The notes: a model not told the origin generated them from the sequence alone. 64,000 nucleotides of DNA from Nitrosarchaeum sp. (GCA_965223865.1 OZ245020.1:1728001-1792000); one strand, 5' to 3'. Numbered from the stretch's first letter, positions 48,036 through 58,679 are shown. Numbers and translations: made by a program.

Positions 48036-49296
48036 AGTAGAAAAATCAAAGGTGTCAGGACAGATTGTTTGTCCTCCAAACAAAAGTTATACTCACAGAG
48101 CAATTTTTTTGGCCTCACTTGCAGGGAACAATAGTCAAGTAAAGAACGTCTTATTTTCGGATGATACAAATGCTACAATTGAAGCATGTAAAAAATTTGG
48201 GGCAGAAATTATACAAGAGAATTCATCAATAATAGTAAAAAATTCGATAACAACAAACATTTTGGTGCCTGAAATTAACGCCGAAAATTCGGGTACAACA
48301 ATCAGAATTGCTTCAGGAATAGCAAGTTTATTTCCAAATGAAATTACACTAACGGGAGATTCTAGTCTTCAAAAAAGACCTATGCAACCATTATTAGATG
48401 CCTTAGAAAGTATTGGAGCAAAATGTATTTCAACTAACGGTAAACCTCCAATAAAAATAATTGGAGCGATTTCTGGAGGAGACGTCACAATACCTGGAAA
48501 CTTTTCTAGCCAGTTTATTTCATCTCTGTTTATTTGTGCACCATTAACGGAAAAAGGGATCAATTTACTAATTGAAGGCAATCTGGTTTCAAAACCATAT
48601 CTTGATGCAACTATTGCAACAATGAGAAAATTTGGAGTTATTGTTCAAACATTAATTCCATATAAAAGATACAACATAACACCACAGGTTTACAAATCTA
48701 CAATATTTAATGTTCCAATTGATTTTTCAAGTTTGGCATTACTTCTTTCTGCAGCAGTTCTAAATGGAGAAAATTTTACAATCAAAGGAGATATTGGAAA
48801 TTTACCACAAGGAGATGAGGTTTTTATAGATATTTTAGAACAATTAGGAGTCAAAGTATCTATTAATCAAGATGAGACTGCAATTCAATCTCCGGAAAAA
48901 CTAAAGGGAGGAAAATTTGATTTAAGCAACTCACCTGATCTTCTTCCACCACTTTCAATATTGGCACTAAAGACAACAAATCCAATTGAGGTTGTAAATG
49001 TAAAGCATGCAAGATTAAAAGAAACAGATAGAATAGCAATCATCTCACGAGAATTATCAAAATTAGGAATCAGAGTTCAGGAAAAAGAAGACGGATTTAT
49101 TTTAGAATCACCATACAGTCTAAAACCTGCAGAATTAAATTCAGAAAATGATCATAGATTGTTTATGGCGTTTTGTATTGCCGGAATGTATGTGGGAGAT
49201 TGCATGGTAACTGATCCTGAATCAGTTTCTGTATCATATCCAGATTTCATTAATAGAATGAATAGTTGTGGAGCAAAAATTCAAGTCCAAAATTAA
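48025..49296 (+). CDS. aroA: 3-phosphoshikimate 1-carboxyvinyltransferase (EPSP synthase)
   Basis: PPNKSYTHR, NSGTTIR, RPM, SSQFISS, RLKETDRI, DHR, SYPDF. Confidence 0.96.
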   Translation: MKCKVEKSKVSGQIVCPPNKSYTHRAIFLASLAGNNSQVKNVLFSDDTNATIEACKKFGAEIIQENSSIIVKNSITTNILVPEINAENSGTTIRIASGIASLFPNEITLTGDSSLQKRPMQPLLDALESIGAKCISTNGKPPIKIIGAISGGDVTIPGNFSSQFISSLFICAPLTEKGINLLIEGNLVSKPYLDATIATMRKFGVIVQTLIPYKRYNITPQVYKSTIFNVPIDFSSLALLLSAAVLNGENFTIKGDIGNLPQGDEVFIDILEQLGVKVSINQDETAIQSPEKLKGGKFDLSNSPDLLPPLSILALKTTNPIEVVNVKHARLKETDRIAIISRELSKLGIRVQEKEDGFILESPYSLKPAELNSENDHRLFMAFCIAGMYVGDCMVTDPESVSVSYPDFINRMNSCGAKIQVQN

Positions 49297-49326
49297 ATTT
49301 AAAAAATTAACTAAAAGAGGCAAAAG

Positions 49327-49443
49327 GCGCGATCCTGTATAGAGTGAAAAGCATTCTCTTCACTCATAACGCTTTTGCGCTGATAACATGTCTTTTTCGC
49401 AGGATCGCGCAAATTATTCGTTAAAATTTGCACTTTTTTCCAT
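49327..49443 (-). ncRNA. Candidate structured RNA element between aroA and aroC
   Basis: 11-bp perfect GC-rich inverted repeat (49327-49337/49400-49410) enclosing two hairpins that pair better on the minus strand (G.U pairs); minus-strand TATA-like box and U-rich tail. Confidence 0.45.
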
Positions 49444-49621
49444 GAATCATGTATGTTATTGTGATATTTAAGAATTATTTGAAAATATTACATAGATTAT
49501 CCTAAAATTTTTAAAATTTTTTGTTTTTTTAATCAATGATCGAAAATAACTATCAAACAAATTATGAGATTTCCTTTAACAGAATGAGTAATTATAAGCA
49601 GCATCTGATACTCATAATGTA

Positions 49622-50716
49622 TTGCCTGGAAGTTCAATCGGTCATCATCTTGTTTTAACTAGTTTTGGTGAAAGTCACGGAAAGTCTATTGGTGCAGTAT
49701 TAGAAGGATGTCCTGCAGGATTAGAAATTGATGAAAAAGATATTCAAAAAATGTTAGATCAAAGAAGACCAGGACAATCATTAATTTCTACACAAAGAAA
49801 AGAAAAAGACGTTGTTGAATTTATTTCAGGTGTGTTTAGAGGATTTACAACGGGTTCGCCCATCACAATGGTAATTTGGAATAAGGATCAAAAATCAAAA
49901 GATTATGAGAATCTAAAGACATTGTTGCGTCCAGGTCATTCTGATTATCCTGCAATGATAAAGTACAATAACTTTAATGATTATAGGGGAGGGGGAAGAT
50001 TTTCTGGAAGATTAACTGCAACACATGTTATGGGAGGTGCTATTGCTAAGAAATTACTCAAAGTAACATTAGGAATTGAAACAAATTCGTATACATTACA
50101 AATTGGCAAGATAAAGATGAAAACAGGAATAAATAAAAAAAATATGAAAAATATTTACAATAATGAAGTTAGATGTCCCGATAACAAAACTGCAATGAGG
50201 ATGAAAGAATCTATTCTGGATGCAAGAAAGAAAGGTGATTCATTAGGAGGCATAATTGAATCAGTTACAACAAATGTTCCAGTAGGTTTAGGTGAGCCAA
50301 TTTTTAATTCATTAGAATCAGATTTGAGTAGAGCAATGTTCTCAATTCCTTCTGTTAAGGGTGTAGAATTTGGCTCTGGTTTTGAGGGTTCAAAATTATA
50401 TGGATCAGAAAACAATGACCTTTATGCCATCCAAAAAGGAAAGATTGTCACAAGAACGAATAATTCTGGAGGAATTTTAGGAGGGATTTCAAATGGCATG
50501 CCAATAACAATGAGAGTTGCATTCAAACCTGCATCATCAATATCACAAAAACAAAAGACAATAAACATCAAGACAAAAAAATCTGAAGAATTGCAAGTTA
50601 AAGGGCGACATGATCCATGTGTTATTCCAAGAGCACCACCCGTAGTAGACTCACTAGTATCACTAACATTAGCTGATCATGCTCTGATAACAGGAATAAT
50701 CAAGCCAGTATTGTAG
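49622..50716 (+). CDS. aroC: Chorismate synthase
   Basis: FGESHG, RRPG, RPGHSD, GGGRFSGR, GGISNG, GRHDPC. Confidence 0.97.
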   Translation: MPGSSIGHHLVLTSFGESHGKSIGAVLEGCPAGLEIDEKDIQKMLDQRRPGQSLISTQRKEKDVVEFISGVFRGFTTGSPITMVIWNKDQKSKDYENLKTLLRPGHSDYPAMIKYNNFNDYRGGGRFSGRLTATHVMGGAIAKKLLKVTLGIETNSYTLQIGKIKMKTGINKKNMKNIYNNEVRCPDNKTAMRMKESILDARKKGDSLGGIIESVTTNVPVGLGEPIFNSLESDLSRAMFSIPSVKGVEFGSGFEGSKLYGSENNDLYAIQKGKIVTRTNNSGGILGGISNGMPITMRVAFKPASSISQKQKTINIKTKKSEELQVKGRHDPCVIPRAPPVVDSLVSLTLADHALITGIIKPVL

Positions 50717-52089
50717 TGAAAATGACAGAGATCAGCGAACTTCGCAATAGAATGGAAGAGATTACAATTGACATGTTAAAATTGTTAAAAAAAAGGACAG
50801 ATATTGCAAAAGAGATAGGTAAGGTGAAAGAAAACATTGGAAAGGGAGTAACTGATGAATCAAGAGAGAGGAATCTCAGAATCAAAGTCATCAGAATATG
50901 TAAAGAACTTAATTTTGATGAATCGATTGCCACAAAATTTTTAAATTTTTTATTAAATGAATCAATAAAAGTTCAATCAACAAATAAACAAACACATCTC
51001 TCAATTTTTCTTAAAGCAAAATCACTTGAACAAGAAGGAAAAAATATCATCCATATGGAAGTGGGTGAACCAGACTTTTTACCACCAAAAATAGTCAAAG
51101 ATGCACTGGAAGAAGTATTTGACAAAGGATTTTTAAAATATGGTCAAGCTAAAGGGATGCCTACCTTTAGAGATGCGTTGGCAAAGTATGTTTCAAAAAA
51201 ATTCGCAGTTGATGTTTTAGATGAAAACATAATAGTTAGCCCTGGAGCAAGATTTTCAATATTTACAGCAATTACAACACTTCTAAATCCAGGAGATGAA
51301 ATGATCGTAATAGAACCTTCATGGCCTGCTTACAAAGACTGTGCATTAAATTCAGGAATCAAAGTAAGAACCATAAATACAACTTTGGAGAATAAATGGG
51401 AGCCATCTATTGAACAAATTCAAAATATGATTAATTCAAATTCAAAAATGATAGTTCTAAACTATCCAAATAATCCAACTGGGAAAATTCTTCCAGAAAA
51501 ACTTCAAGATCAAATTGTAGAATTGGCAAGAAAAAATAGCCTTTACATTTTAAGTGATGAAATCTATTCAGAGTATGCATTTGATAATTGGAAAAGCATT
51601 CTTTCATACAATTATGAGAAGAGCATAGTTACTCAATCTTTTTCAAAATCACACGCTATGACAGGATTTAGGGTAGGGTACGCTATTTCCAGTCCAAAAA
51701 TAATAGAAAAAATGGCAAAATTGGAAGCACTTTGCTTAACAAATGTTTCTGAGCCTACACAATATATTGCAATGAGGGCTTTGGAGGCAGATACCACAAA
51801 CAATTCCAAAAAAATAAAAACCAGACTAGAATTACTGGCTCATGAAAGTAAAAAAATAGACTTAGAATTTGTTATTCCGGATGGTGCCATGTATATTTTT
51901 GCAAAGATAAATCAAGAGGGGTTTGACGGCGTAAAATTTGCAAATGAACTACTAGAGAAAGGACTTGCTGTTGCACCAGGAGAAGGATTTGGAGATTATA
52001 GGAATTTTATCAGAATTTCTGCATGCCAAGACGAAAAGACACTAAAAGAAGGAATGAATATACTTAGCAGTGTAATGAGGAAGAAATAA
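50716..52089 (+). CDS. Chorismate mutase-like domain fused to class I/II PLP aminotransferase
   Basis: N-terminal ELRNRMEEI...RTDIAKEIGKVK..DESRE; then GEPDF, PNNPTG, SDEIY, SFSKSHAMTGFRVGY. Confidence 0.9.
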   Translation: MKMTEISELRNRMEEITIDMLKLLKKRTDIAKEIGKVKENIGKGVTDESRERNLRIKVIRICKELNFDESIATKFLNFLLNESIKVQSTNKQTHLSIFLKAKSLEQEGKNIIHMEVGEPDFLPPKIVKDALEEVFDKGFLKYGQAKGMPTFRDALAKYVSKKFAVDVLDENIIVSPGARFSIFTAITTLLNPGDEMIVIEPSWPAYKDCALNSGIKVRTINTTLENKWEPSIEQIQNMINSNSKMIVLNYPNNPTGKILPEKLQDQIVELARKNSLYILSDEIYSEYAFDNWKSILSYNYEKSIVTQSFSKSHAMTGFRVGYAISSPKIIEKMAKLEALCLTNVSEPTQYIAMRALEADTTNNSKKIKTRLELLAHESKKIDLEFVIPDGAMYIFAKINQEGFDGVKFANELLEKGLAVAPGEGFGDYRNFIRISACQDEKTLKEGMNILSSVMRKK

Positions 52090-52943
52090 TGAAAAAGAAA
52101 GTAACAATTATCGGTGCAGGTGGTCAAATGGGTCAATGGTTTGCAAAATATTTTTTAGCCAATGATTATGAGGTAACAGGCTATGATGCGGAAAATAAGA
52201 TTTCTAATAAAAATATCATTAAAGCTGATTCACTTGTAGGTTCAATTCTAAATGCAGATTATGTTGTTTTATGTACTCCTACTAGGAGAACACCAGAAAT
52301 TATCAGATTGATAGCAAAAGAGATGAAACGAGGAACATTTCTGATAGAAATTTCCTCTGAAAAATCTAAAGTGGTGTCATCATTATCAAAAATGCCTGCA
52401 AAAATTAATCCAATATGCATTCATCCTATGTTTGGTCCAGGAGTAAAAACCCTCAAAGGACAAAATATCATTTCAGTTCCAGTCAAAGATGCTAAAAAAG
52501 AATTAACTGTAGCCAAATCTCTTTTTGCAGGTGCAAATTTTGTTACGATAGATGCAATCGAGCACGACAAAAAGATTGCAGTCATTTTAGGACTAACTCA
52601 TTTGATGAACCTCGTTTTTGCAAATATAATTTCAAAAGACGACAAAATTTCTTTAACAGAAAAAATGTCAGGGACTACTTTTAGGATTCAAAAAACATTG
52701 GCAGAGAGCATTATGACTGAATCACCAGAATTAATTGAAACAATTATAGCAAATCCTGAAATCAGAAGAGTGGCAGAAGAGTTATGGAAAGACATAGGAA
52801 GGTTGCTTACAGCAGTTCAAGAATCAAAGACAGAAGAAGTGATCAATTATGTAAAGTCTTGCCAAGAAAGATTATCTGAGAATACAGATTTGAGAGAATC
52901 CTACAAGAAATTGGCAAAGATGGCAAAAACTGTCGAAAAATAA
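52089..52943 (+). CDS. tyrA: Prephenate/arogenate dehydrogenase
   Basis: IIGAGGQMG, IHPMFGP, EHD...LGLTH. Confidence 0.9.
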   Translation: MKKKVTIIGAGGQMGQWFAKYFLANDYEVTGYDAENKISNKNIIKADSLVGSILNADYVVLCTPTRRTPEIIRLIAKEMKRGTFLIEISSEKSKVVSSLSKMPAKINPICIHPMFGPGVKTLKGQNIISVPVKDAKKELTVAKSLFAGANFVTIDAIEHDKKIAVILGLTHLMNLVFANIISKDDKISLTEKMSGTTFRIQKTLAESIMTESPELIETIIANPEIRRVAEELWKDIGRLLTAVQESKTEEVINYVKSCQERLSENTDLRESYKKLAKMAKTVEK

Positions 52944-52948
52944 CTGCA

Positions 52949-53353
52949 ATGCGCTCAACTAAGATAGTTACTTCATTTATCAAAGATAATGAAAAATTAT
53001 TACTTCTAAAAAGAAGTGATAAAGTAAAATCTATGAAAGGCTTGTGGGCAGGCATTAGTGGAATTATTGAAAAAAACGAAGATCCATTAACTAGAGCAAA
53101 GACAGAGATTTTCGAAGAAGTAGGTATTTCAGAAGACAAAATCAAACTAATTAAAGCAGCTCAAGAGATGAGAATAAGTTCTCCTCAATACGAAAATCAC
53201 GAATGGATGATTTTTCCATTTTTATTTGAATCAAAAGAACCTAAAATAAAATTGAATTGGGAAAATTCAGAATATACATGGATAAATTCAAATGAATTAA
53301 CAAATTTCAAAACAGTTCCTAGTCTTGAAAAAGTTCTATTCAATCTTTTGTAG
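52949..53353 (+). CDS. NUDIX hydrolase
   Basis: GIIEKNEDPLTRAKTEIFEEVG Nudix box; LNWEN. Confidence 0.9.
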   Translation: MRSTKIVTSFIKDNEKLLLLKRSDKVKSMKGLWAGISGIIEKNEDPLTRAKTEIFEEVGISEDKIKLIKAAQEMRISSPQYENHEWMIFPFLFESKEPKIKLNWENSEYTWINSNELTNFKTVPSLEKVLFNLL

Positions 53354-54664
53354 ATTCTCGGTTTCTTTAACATATTTTTTCTGTTGTGGCAACATCATAT
53401 AGACACAAGCACCACCACACATAGTACAAGGAACATTGTTTCCCGGATGTTGACCTGTTCTACTATGAATTCTTGCAGCCTCTTCTGGATCAATTGAGAG
53501 AGCAAGTTGTTTTTCCCAATCCAAAGTACGACGGGCCTCAGTCATTTCCATATCCCATTTTATTGCTTTTTCACGAATCTTCACAAGATCACCTGCGTGT
53601 GCAGCAATTCTGTAGGCAATCAATCCAGCCTTTACTTCTTCAGGATTAGGTAATGCAAGATGTTCAGAAGGAGTAAGATAACATAAAAGATCGACTCCTT
53701 CAGATGCCGAAACTGCAGCACCAATAGCACTTGCGATATGATCATGACCAGACGCGATGTCAGTAACAAGTGGACCTAAAACATAGTATGGAACATCGCC
53801 AATTAGAGATTTTGCCAATCTTACATTTGCTGCAATTTCGTTAAGAGGAACATGCCCAGGACCTTCTACCATTACTTGAATGTCTTGCTCATGTGCTCGT
53901 TTTGTCAATCTAGCCACATTAATCATTTCTTGAATCTGTAATTCATCATGAGAATCCAAAATGGAGCCGGGTCTAAGAGCATCACCTAAACTAAACGTTA
54001 CATCATATTTTTTAGCCATCTCCATAAGATAATCATAATGAGTAAGATATGGATTTTCTTTATCATGTTTTAACATCCAAGCAGCAGTGATTGTCCCTCC
54101 CTTACTAACGACTCCTCCATACCTTTGTACTTTCAAAATTTGTTTTGCAATTTCTTTTGTAATTCCACAGTGAATAGTGGTATAATCAACTCCATCTTTT
54201 ACATTATTTTCAAATGCATTAAGATAATCATCTTCAGTTAAATTCAATGGATTTTTGTGAACTTCAACACCATAGTTGTAGGCTTCATAAATTGGAACAG
54301 TTCCAAAAGTAATTGGTGCAACATCTAAAAGAGTTTGGCGTATTTTTCTAACATCACCACCATCACTCAAATCCATCATAGTATCTGCATGATATTTTAC
54401 TGCAACTTTTGCTTTTTCAATTTCTTCTTCAAGATTTACATTTAGAGTAGAAGTTCCAATGTTAACATTGACTTTTGTCTTAAGCCCTTTACCTATTCCA
54501 ACATTGTGAATATTTTGAGGTCTTACATTATTACTTGGAATTATAATAGAACCTTTAGCAATTTTGGATACTAACCAGTCAAGCGTAACATCCTCATCTT
54601 TGGCGACTTGTTTCATTTCATCAGTAGCTACACCCCTCCGAGCTGAATTCATTTGAGTACTCAT
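53336..54664 (-). CDS. thiC: Phosphomethylpyrimidine synthase
   Basis: TKVNVNIG, MDLS, GTVPIY, SLGDALRPG, EGPGH, YLTPSEHL, CTMCGGAC. Confidence 0.97.
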   Translation of the reverse strand: MSTQMNSARRGVATDEMKQVAKDEDVTLDWLVSKIAKGSIIIPSNNVRPQNIHNVGIGKGLKTKVNVNIGTSTLNVNLEEEIEKAKVAVKYHADTMMDLSDGGDVRKIRQTLLDVAPITFGTVPIYEAYNYGVEVHKNPLNLTEDDYLNAFENNVKDGVDYTTIHCGITKEIAKQILKVQRYGGVVSKGGTITAAWMLKHDKENPYLTHYDYLMEMAKKYDVTFSLGDALRPGSILDSHDELQIQEMINVARLTKRAHEQDIQVMVEGPGHVPLNEIAANVRLAKSLIGDVPYYVLGPLVTDIASGHDHIASAIGAAVSASEGVDLLCYLTPSEHLALPNPEEVKAGLIAYRIAAHAGDLVKIREKAIKWDMEMTEARRTLDWEKQLALSIDPEEAARIHSRTGQHPGNNVPCTMCGGACVYMMLPQQKKYVKETENLQKIE

Positions 54665-55238
54665 TATGATAAAATATGTCCTTACCTGATTTAAACAATC
54701 GCGAATGTAGAAAGATGATCGCTAAAATAATCAGTAACATGAAAAGAAGAGGAGATCTTATGCCAAGAAGAACTTCTAAAGATCTAATGAGAACAATAAG
54801 ATAAGGCATTCATTGTTGTTGTGAATTCCAAAGTATGAAAGATGAATTCTGTTCCGCCTAATGTTTCAAACAAGAATCATCATAACTTATCAAGATTTCT
54901 CAGATTTAGAGGGATTAGATAATTTGTATTTCCAATCTAATCTTAATGACCTTATTCAAAAAAAGCACACAATATGCTTAGAATAAAGAGTTTACAAAAA
55001 TTTTTTTACACTTGAAACATTTCTAAACAAAATTTTTTTTAATGGATATTGTGTCGAGAGTAAACACACTGTACAAACTAATTTCTTCGGAGGATTCTTT
55101 ATCAAAGACATTTTTTATCATTCAGCAAGGAAAAAAAATTGTTTACGAATTAAAAATTTAGAACTAGGATTTTTTTCTAATAAAAATTCTTCAGAGTATA
55201 GAAAAATAAATTAGGATTGATTCTTGTGAAAGAATATA

Positions 55239-56537
55239 ATGAATTTACTATCCATTGGAGGTTCAGATCCAACCGGTGGAGCCGGAATTCAAAGCGATAT
55301 TAAAACTTTTGAAGAATTAAAAGTACATGGGTTATCTGTCATTACAGCAATTACTGCTCAGAATACATCTAGAGTAAGTTTAACTCAACCAGTATCACAA
55401 AAAATATTGAAAGAACAACTAAATGTAATTTTTTCAGATTTTAAAATTGAAGGCATAAAAATTTCTATGGTATATAATTCATCAACAATCAAAACGATTT
55501 ATCGCGAATTAAAGGATAAAAAAATCCCAATAGTAATTGATCCAGTAATAAAATCTACTACAGGAGGAATGCTTTTAAAAAAAGAAGCAATAAAGGATTT
55601 TAAAAAATTCTTAATTCCATTGGCTACAGTTATCACTCCCAACAAACATGAAGCTGAAATTTTAACACAAATGAAAATACAATCAAAAAAGAATCTAAAA
55701 GAAGTTGCAGAAAGAATTCGATCATTAGGAGCAAAAAATGTAATTATTACAGGAGTAGAAGAGGGCAGAAAAATGTTAGACTATATTTTTGAAGAAGAAA
55801 AACAATATTTCCATTCAGGTACAAAAATTGTCAGAATTAATCACGGAAGTGGATGTAATTATTCTTCAGTTATGATTTATGAATTGGCTAGTGGAAAATC
55901 AATTAACGAATCAGCAAAAAATGCAAAAAAATATACCTATGATTCTATAAAAAATGCAAAAAAAATAGGAAGAGGTATCGCAATTGTTCAAAGTGAAAAT
56001 CAAGACATCATAGTAAAAAAATTGGATGAAGTCATTTCGAATTTAATATCAATTAAAAATATTTACAAACTAATTCCAGAATGTCAGACAAATTTTGTCT
56101 TTTCAAAAAAATCACCTAAATCAATCAAAGACATATTGGGAATCGAAGGGAGAATTGTCAAGACAGGAAAAAGAATTACTATTGCAGGAAATTTGGAATA
56201 TGGAGGCTCAAAACATGTTGCATCGGCACTTTTTGCAATGAATAAAAAATTTCCAAGTATTTGTTCTGCAATTAATTTAAAATATCAGTCAGAGACTTTA
56301 TTAAAGTTAAAAAGGAAAAACTTCAAGATTTCTAGTTATGATAGAAATAAAGAACCAAAGGGAAATAAAAAGAAAGAAGGAGCATCCATAACATGGGGAA
56401 TAAAATTAGCAATAAAAAATTCAAAGGTTCCACCAGATTTGATTTATCATAAAGGAGATTTTGGTAAAGAACCCATGATCATAATTTTTGGCAGGACACC
56501 ATCAGAGGTCTTGGAAAAGATTTCCAAAATTACATAA
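55239..56537 (+). CDS. thiD: Bifunctional HMP/HMP-P kinase with ThiN thiamine-phosphate synthase domain (ThiDN)
   Basis: GSDPTGGAGIQSD, TPNKHEA, HGSGC; C-terminal IPECQTN, GGSKHVA, GDFGKEPM. Confidence 0.94.
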   Translation: MNLLSIGGSDPTGGAGIQSDIKTFEELKVHGLSVITAITAQNTSRVSLTQPVSQKILKEQLNVIFSDFKIEGIKISMVYNSSTIKTIYRELKDKKIPIVIDPVIKSTTGGMLLKKEAIKDFKKFLIPLATVITPNKHEAEILTQMKIQSKKNLKEVAERIRSLGAKNVIITGVEEGRKMLDYIFEEEKQYFHSGTKIVRINHGSGCNYSSVMIYELASGKSINESAKNAKKYTYDSIKNAKKIGRGIAIVQSENQDIIVKKLDEVISNLISIKNIYKLIPECQTNFVFSKKSPKSIKDILGIEGRIVKTGKRITIAGNLEYGGSKHVASALFAMNKKFPSICSAINLKYQSETLLKLKRKNFKISSYDRNKEPKGNKKKEGASITWGIKLAIKNSKVPPDLIYHKGDFGKEPMIIIFGRTPSEVLEKISKIT

Positions 56538-56744
56538 CATAAAAAAATCATATTCAACGAAACAAAAGGATATAGTTTAAATGAATTTAGAAAATAGTAT
56601 TACTTAGATAGGAAAGATAAAAAAAAAGGGAAAAGTAAAAACAAGAGAGGAAAATTATAACAAAGTCCAAAAAATATCAGATAATATTCAGGATAAATAT
56701 AAAAATAAATGTTGAATTTCTAAAAATTAAGTGAGTATTAAAAA

Positions 56745-57182
56745 ATGAGTGAGATAATAATACGAGAATTGGAAAAAGAAGATTTGTGGAATGGTTTTTT
56801 AAAAGCACTAGATTCTCTTCGCGAAGCAAGCAACATTGAAAAAAGCAAAGCAGAAGAAATTTTTAAAAAAATTGATGCAAACGAAGATCACATTGTAGCC
56901 GTTGCTGAATTGGATGGAAGAATCGTAGGCTCAACTACGCTTCTAATAGAATCCAAATTTATCCATAAAGGAGGAATGGTAGGCCACATTGAAGATGTGG
57001 TTGTAGATAACAATTACCAAGGAAAAGGAATAGGAGAAAAAATAGTCAGATTTTTGTTAGAATATGCAAAAAACAGAGGATGTTACAAAACTATTCTTGA
57101 CTGCAATGATGATGTAAAGAAATTTTATGAGAAGATTGGTTTTAAACACAATGCAAATGCTCTAAGATTTGATCATGTCTAA
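56745..57182 (+). CDS. GNAT acetyltransferase (glucosamine-6-phosphate N-acetyltransferase-like)
   Basis: LLIESKFIH, GHIEDVVV..QGKGIG, GCYKTILDC. Confidence 0.85.
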   Translation: MSEIIIRELEKEDLWNGFLKALDSLREASNIEKSKAEEIFKKIDANEDHIVAVAELDGRIVGSTTLLIESKFIHKGGMVGHIEDVVVDNNYQGKGIGEKIVRFLLEYAKNRGCYKTILDCNDDVKKFYEKIGFKHNANALRFDHV

Positions 57183-57619
57183 AAATATTCTTTTTTTGGA
57201 CGCTTCTTTTTTGTTTTTAACAAAATCACCCCAACAATAATTACTGGTGCAGAAATTACCATGAAAAGCAATGGAACCAATTTAACTGATTCAGTAATGT
57301 ACTCTTCTGGGATTTGATCTATAAGAGAATAACAAATGGCCATTCCCACTAACATGATAATCCCTCCTCCAATTATCATCAAACCAATAGGTTTTGAACC
57401 ATACCGTCTTGACATTAGAAATGAAAGTGCTGCCAATATAGATGCAGGAGCAACTCCAATTGAGATAAACTGCAAAAGCTTTGGATTAGCTTCAAACTCA
57501 ATTCCAAATTCAAAATCATCAGGAACATTAATCATGAAATAGTAAATTGAGATCATCTCACCAGAAAACATTGCAAATAGACCAATACTAGCTACTGCAA
57601 CCCATTTTTCTAATGCCAT
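57179..57619 (-). CDS. Four-TM hypothetical membrane protein
   Basis: Four hydrophobic helices; likely ATG at 57619. Confidence 0.75.
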   Translation of the reverse strand: MALEKWVAVASIGLFAMFSGEMISIYYFMINVPDDFEFGIEFEANPKLLQFISIGVAPASILAALSFLMSRRYGSKPIGLMIIGGGIIMLVGMAICYSLIDQIPEEYITESVKLVPLLFMVISAPVIIVGVILLKTKKKRPKKEYF

Positions 57620-57662
57620 AGTGTTAAAAAATCCAGTTGATAAATAAACCATTCAGAAAAAG

Positions 57663-58679
57663 TCACATAATACCAACAAGATTGGCTAATTCTTTTCTAC
57701 ATGCAGCACCAAGTTTCTCAGCAGCCTGTTCAGGAGAGAGATCGTTTAGAAATATCCCATAACCACGTTCAAGACCTGACCAAGACTTCGTTATTGGATA
57801 AACTTCAACATGCCAATGAATTTGTCGGCTATTTTTCTTTTCAGGAGATAAATGAAATACTAGATTGTATGAGATATTTTTGATGGTCTTGGATAGCCCC
57901 CCAAGTGTAGCTCTTAAAATTAAAGACAAATCATTGATTTCCTTTTGTGTAATTTTTGAAAAACTTGTGATATGTTTTTTTGGAGAAATCCAAAATTCAT
58001 ATGGATATGAAGGAGCCCATGGACAAAATGCAATAAAACCTTCTGTTTGAAGAACTTGTCTTGGACCACCAATCTCTTCATTTATTGTTTGACACATAGG
58101 ACATACGCCTTTTTCATTGAGTATTTTATGTGATGCCTCTGCTTCTTCATCTATAATTGGCGGAATTGTTGAGAAAGTTAAGATGTTTAAGTGAGGATGA
58201 GGATTCTCGCTCCCTGCAAGGTCACCTTGATTAGCATAAATAGAAACATAGGTTACACCTTTTTGGGAATATAGCCATCTTAGTCTGTCTTGGACCACAA
58301 CTAGAACATTAGACCATTGTTCAGCATCAATTGTTGCAAGAGTATCTTTTTCTTTTGGAGATGCAACAACAATGTAATGATAACCATAAGCAGGTTCGCT
58401 GTAATGGGGTCGATCACTGTAAGAATTTTTAGTATCAACTGACACAATAGGATTCTTGCTTTCAAAAACTCTAATTGACCAACCTTTAACATACTCATCT
58501 TCGCTGTCTTGAAGACGTTGTAGCATTCCATCTTTTGCAACTAGTGAAAGTATAGAGGGATTTGTCATGGATTCATTACCAGGAGCATAAGGAGATTTTT
58601 TTGGATCAACAATTTTGTCATCTTTTTTTGAGACGATCATAAAACGTTCAGAGACATAATCTTTACGCATATCCCCCAT
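57663..58679 (-). CDS. galT: Galactose-1-phosphate uridylyltransferase (GalT/HIT) family protein
   Basis: PGNESMT, AYGYHY, AGSENPHPH, CPMC, HWHVEVYP, GLERGYG. Confidence 0.8.
   Translation of the reverse strand: MGDMRKDYVSERFMIVSKKDDKIVDPKKSPYAPGNESMTNPSILSLVAKDGMLQRLQDSEDEYVKGWSIRVFESKNPIVSVDTKNSYSDRPHYSEPAYGYHYIVVASPKEKDTLATIDAEQWSNVLVVVQDRLRWLYSQKGVTYVSIYANQGDLAGSENPHPHLNILTFSTIPPIIDEEAEASHKILNEKGVCPMCQTINEEIGGPRQVLQTEGFIAFCPWAPSYPYEFWISPKKHITSFSKITQKEINDLSLILRATLGGLSKTIKNISYNLVFHLSPEKKNSRQIHWHVEVYPITKSWSGLERGYGIFLNDLSPEQAAEKLGAACRKELANLVGIM

Noticed and set aside
49414-49443. Resemblance of the AN-FNE peptide to a tmRNA tag
   Set aside because: No tRNA-like domain or pseudoknots, far too short, and tmRNA is not known in archaea
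54665-55238. Possible TPP riboswitch or small gene between thiC and thiDN
   Set aside because: No TPP aptamer core (UGAGA / CUGAU...AAU..CAGCG.AGG) recognisable; the short ORFs present lack supporting motifs
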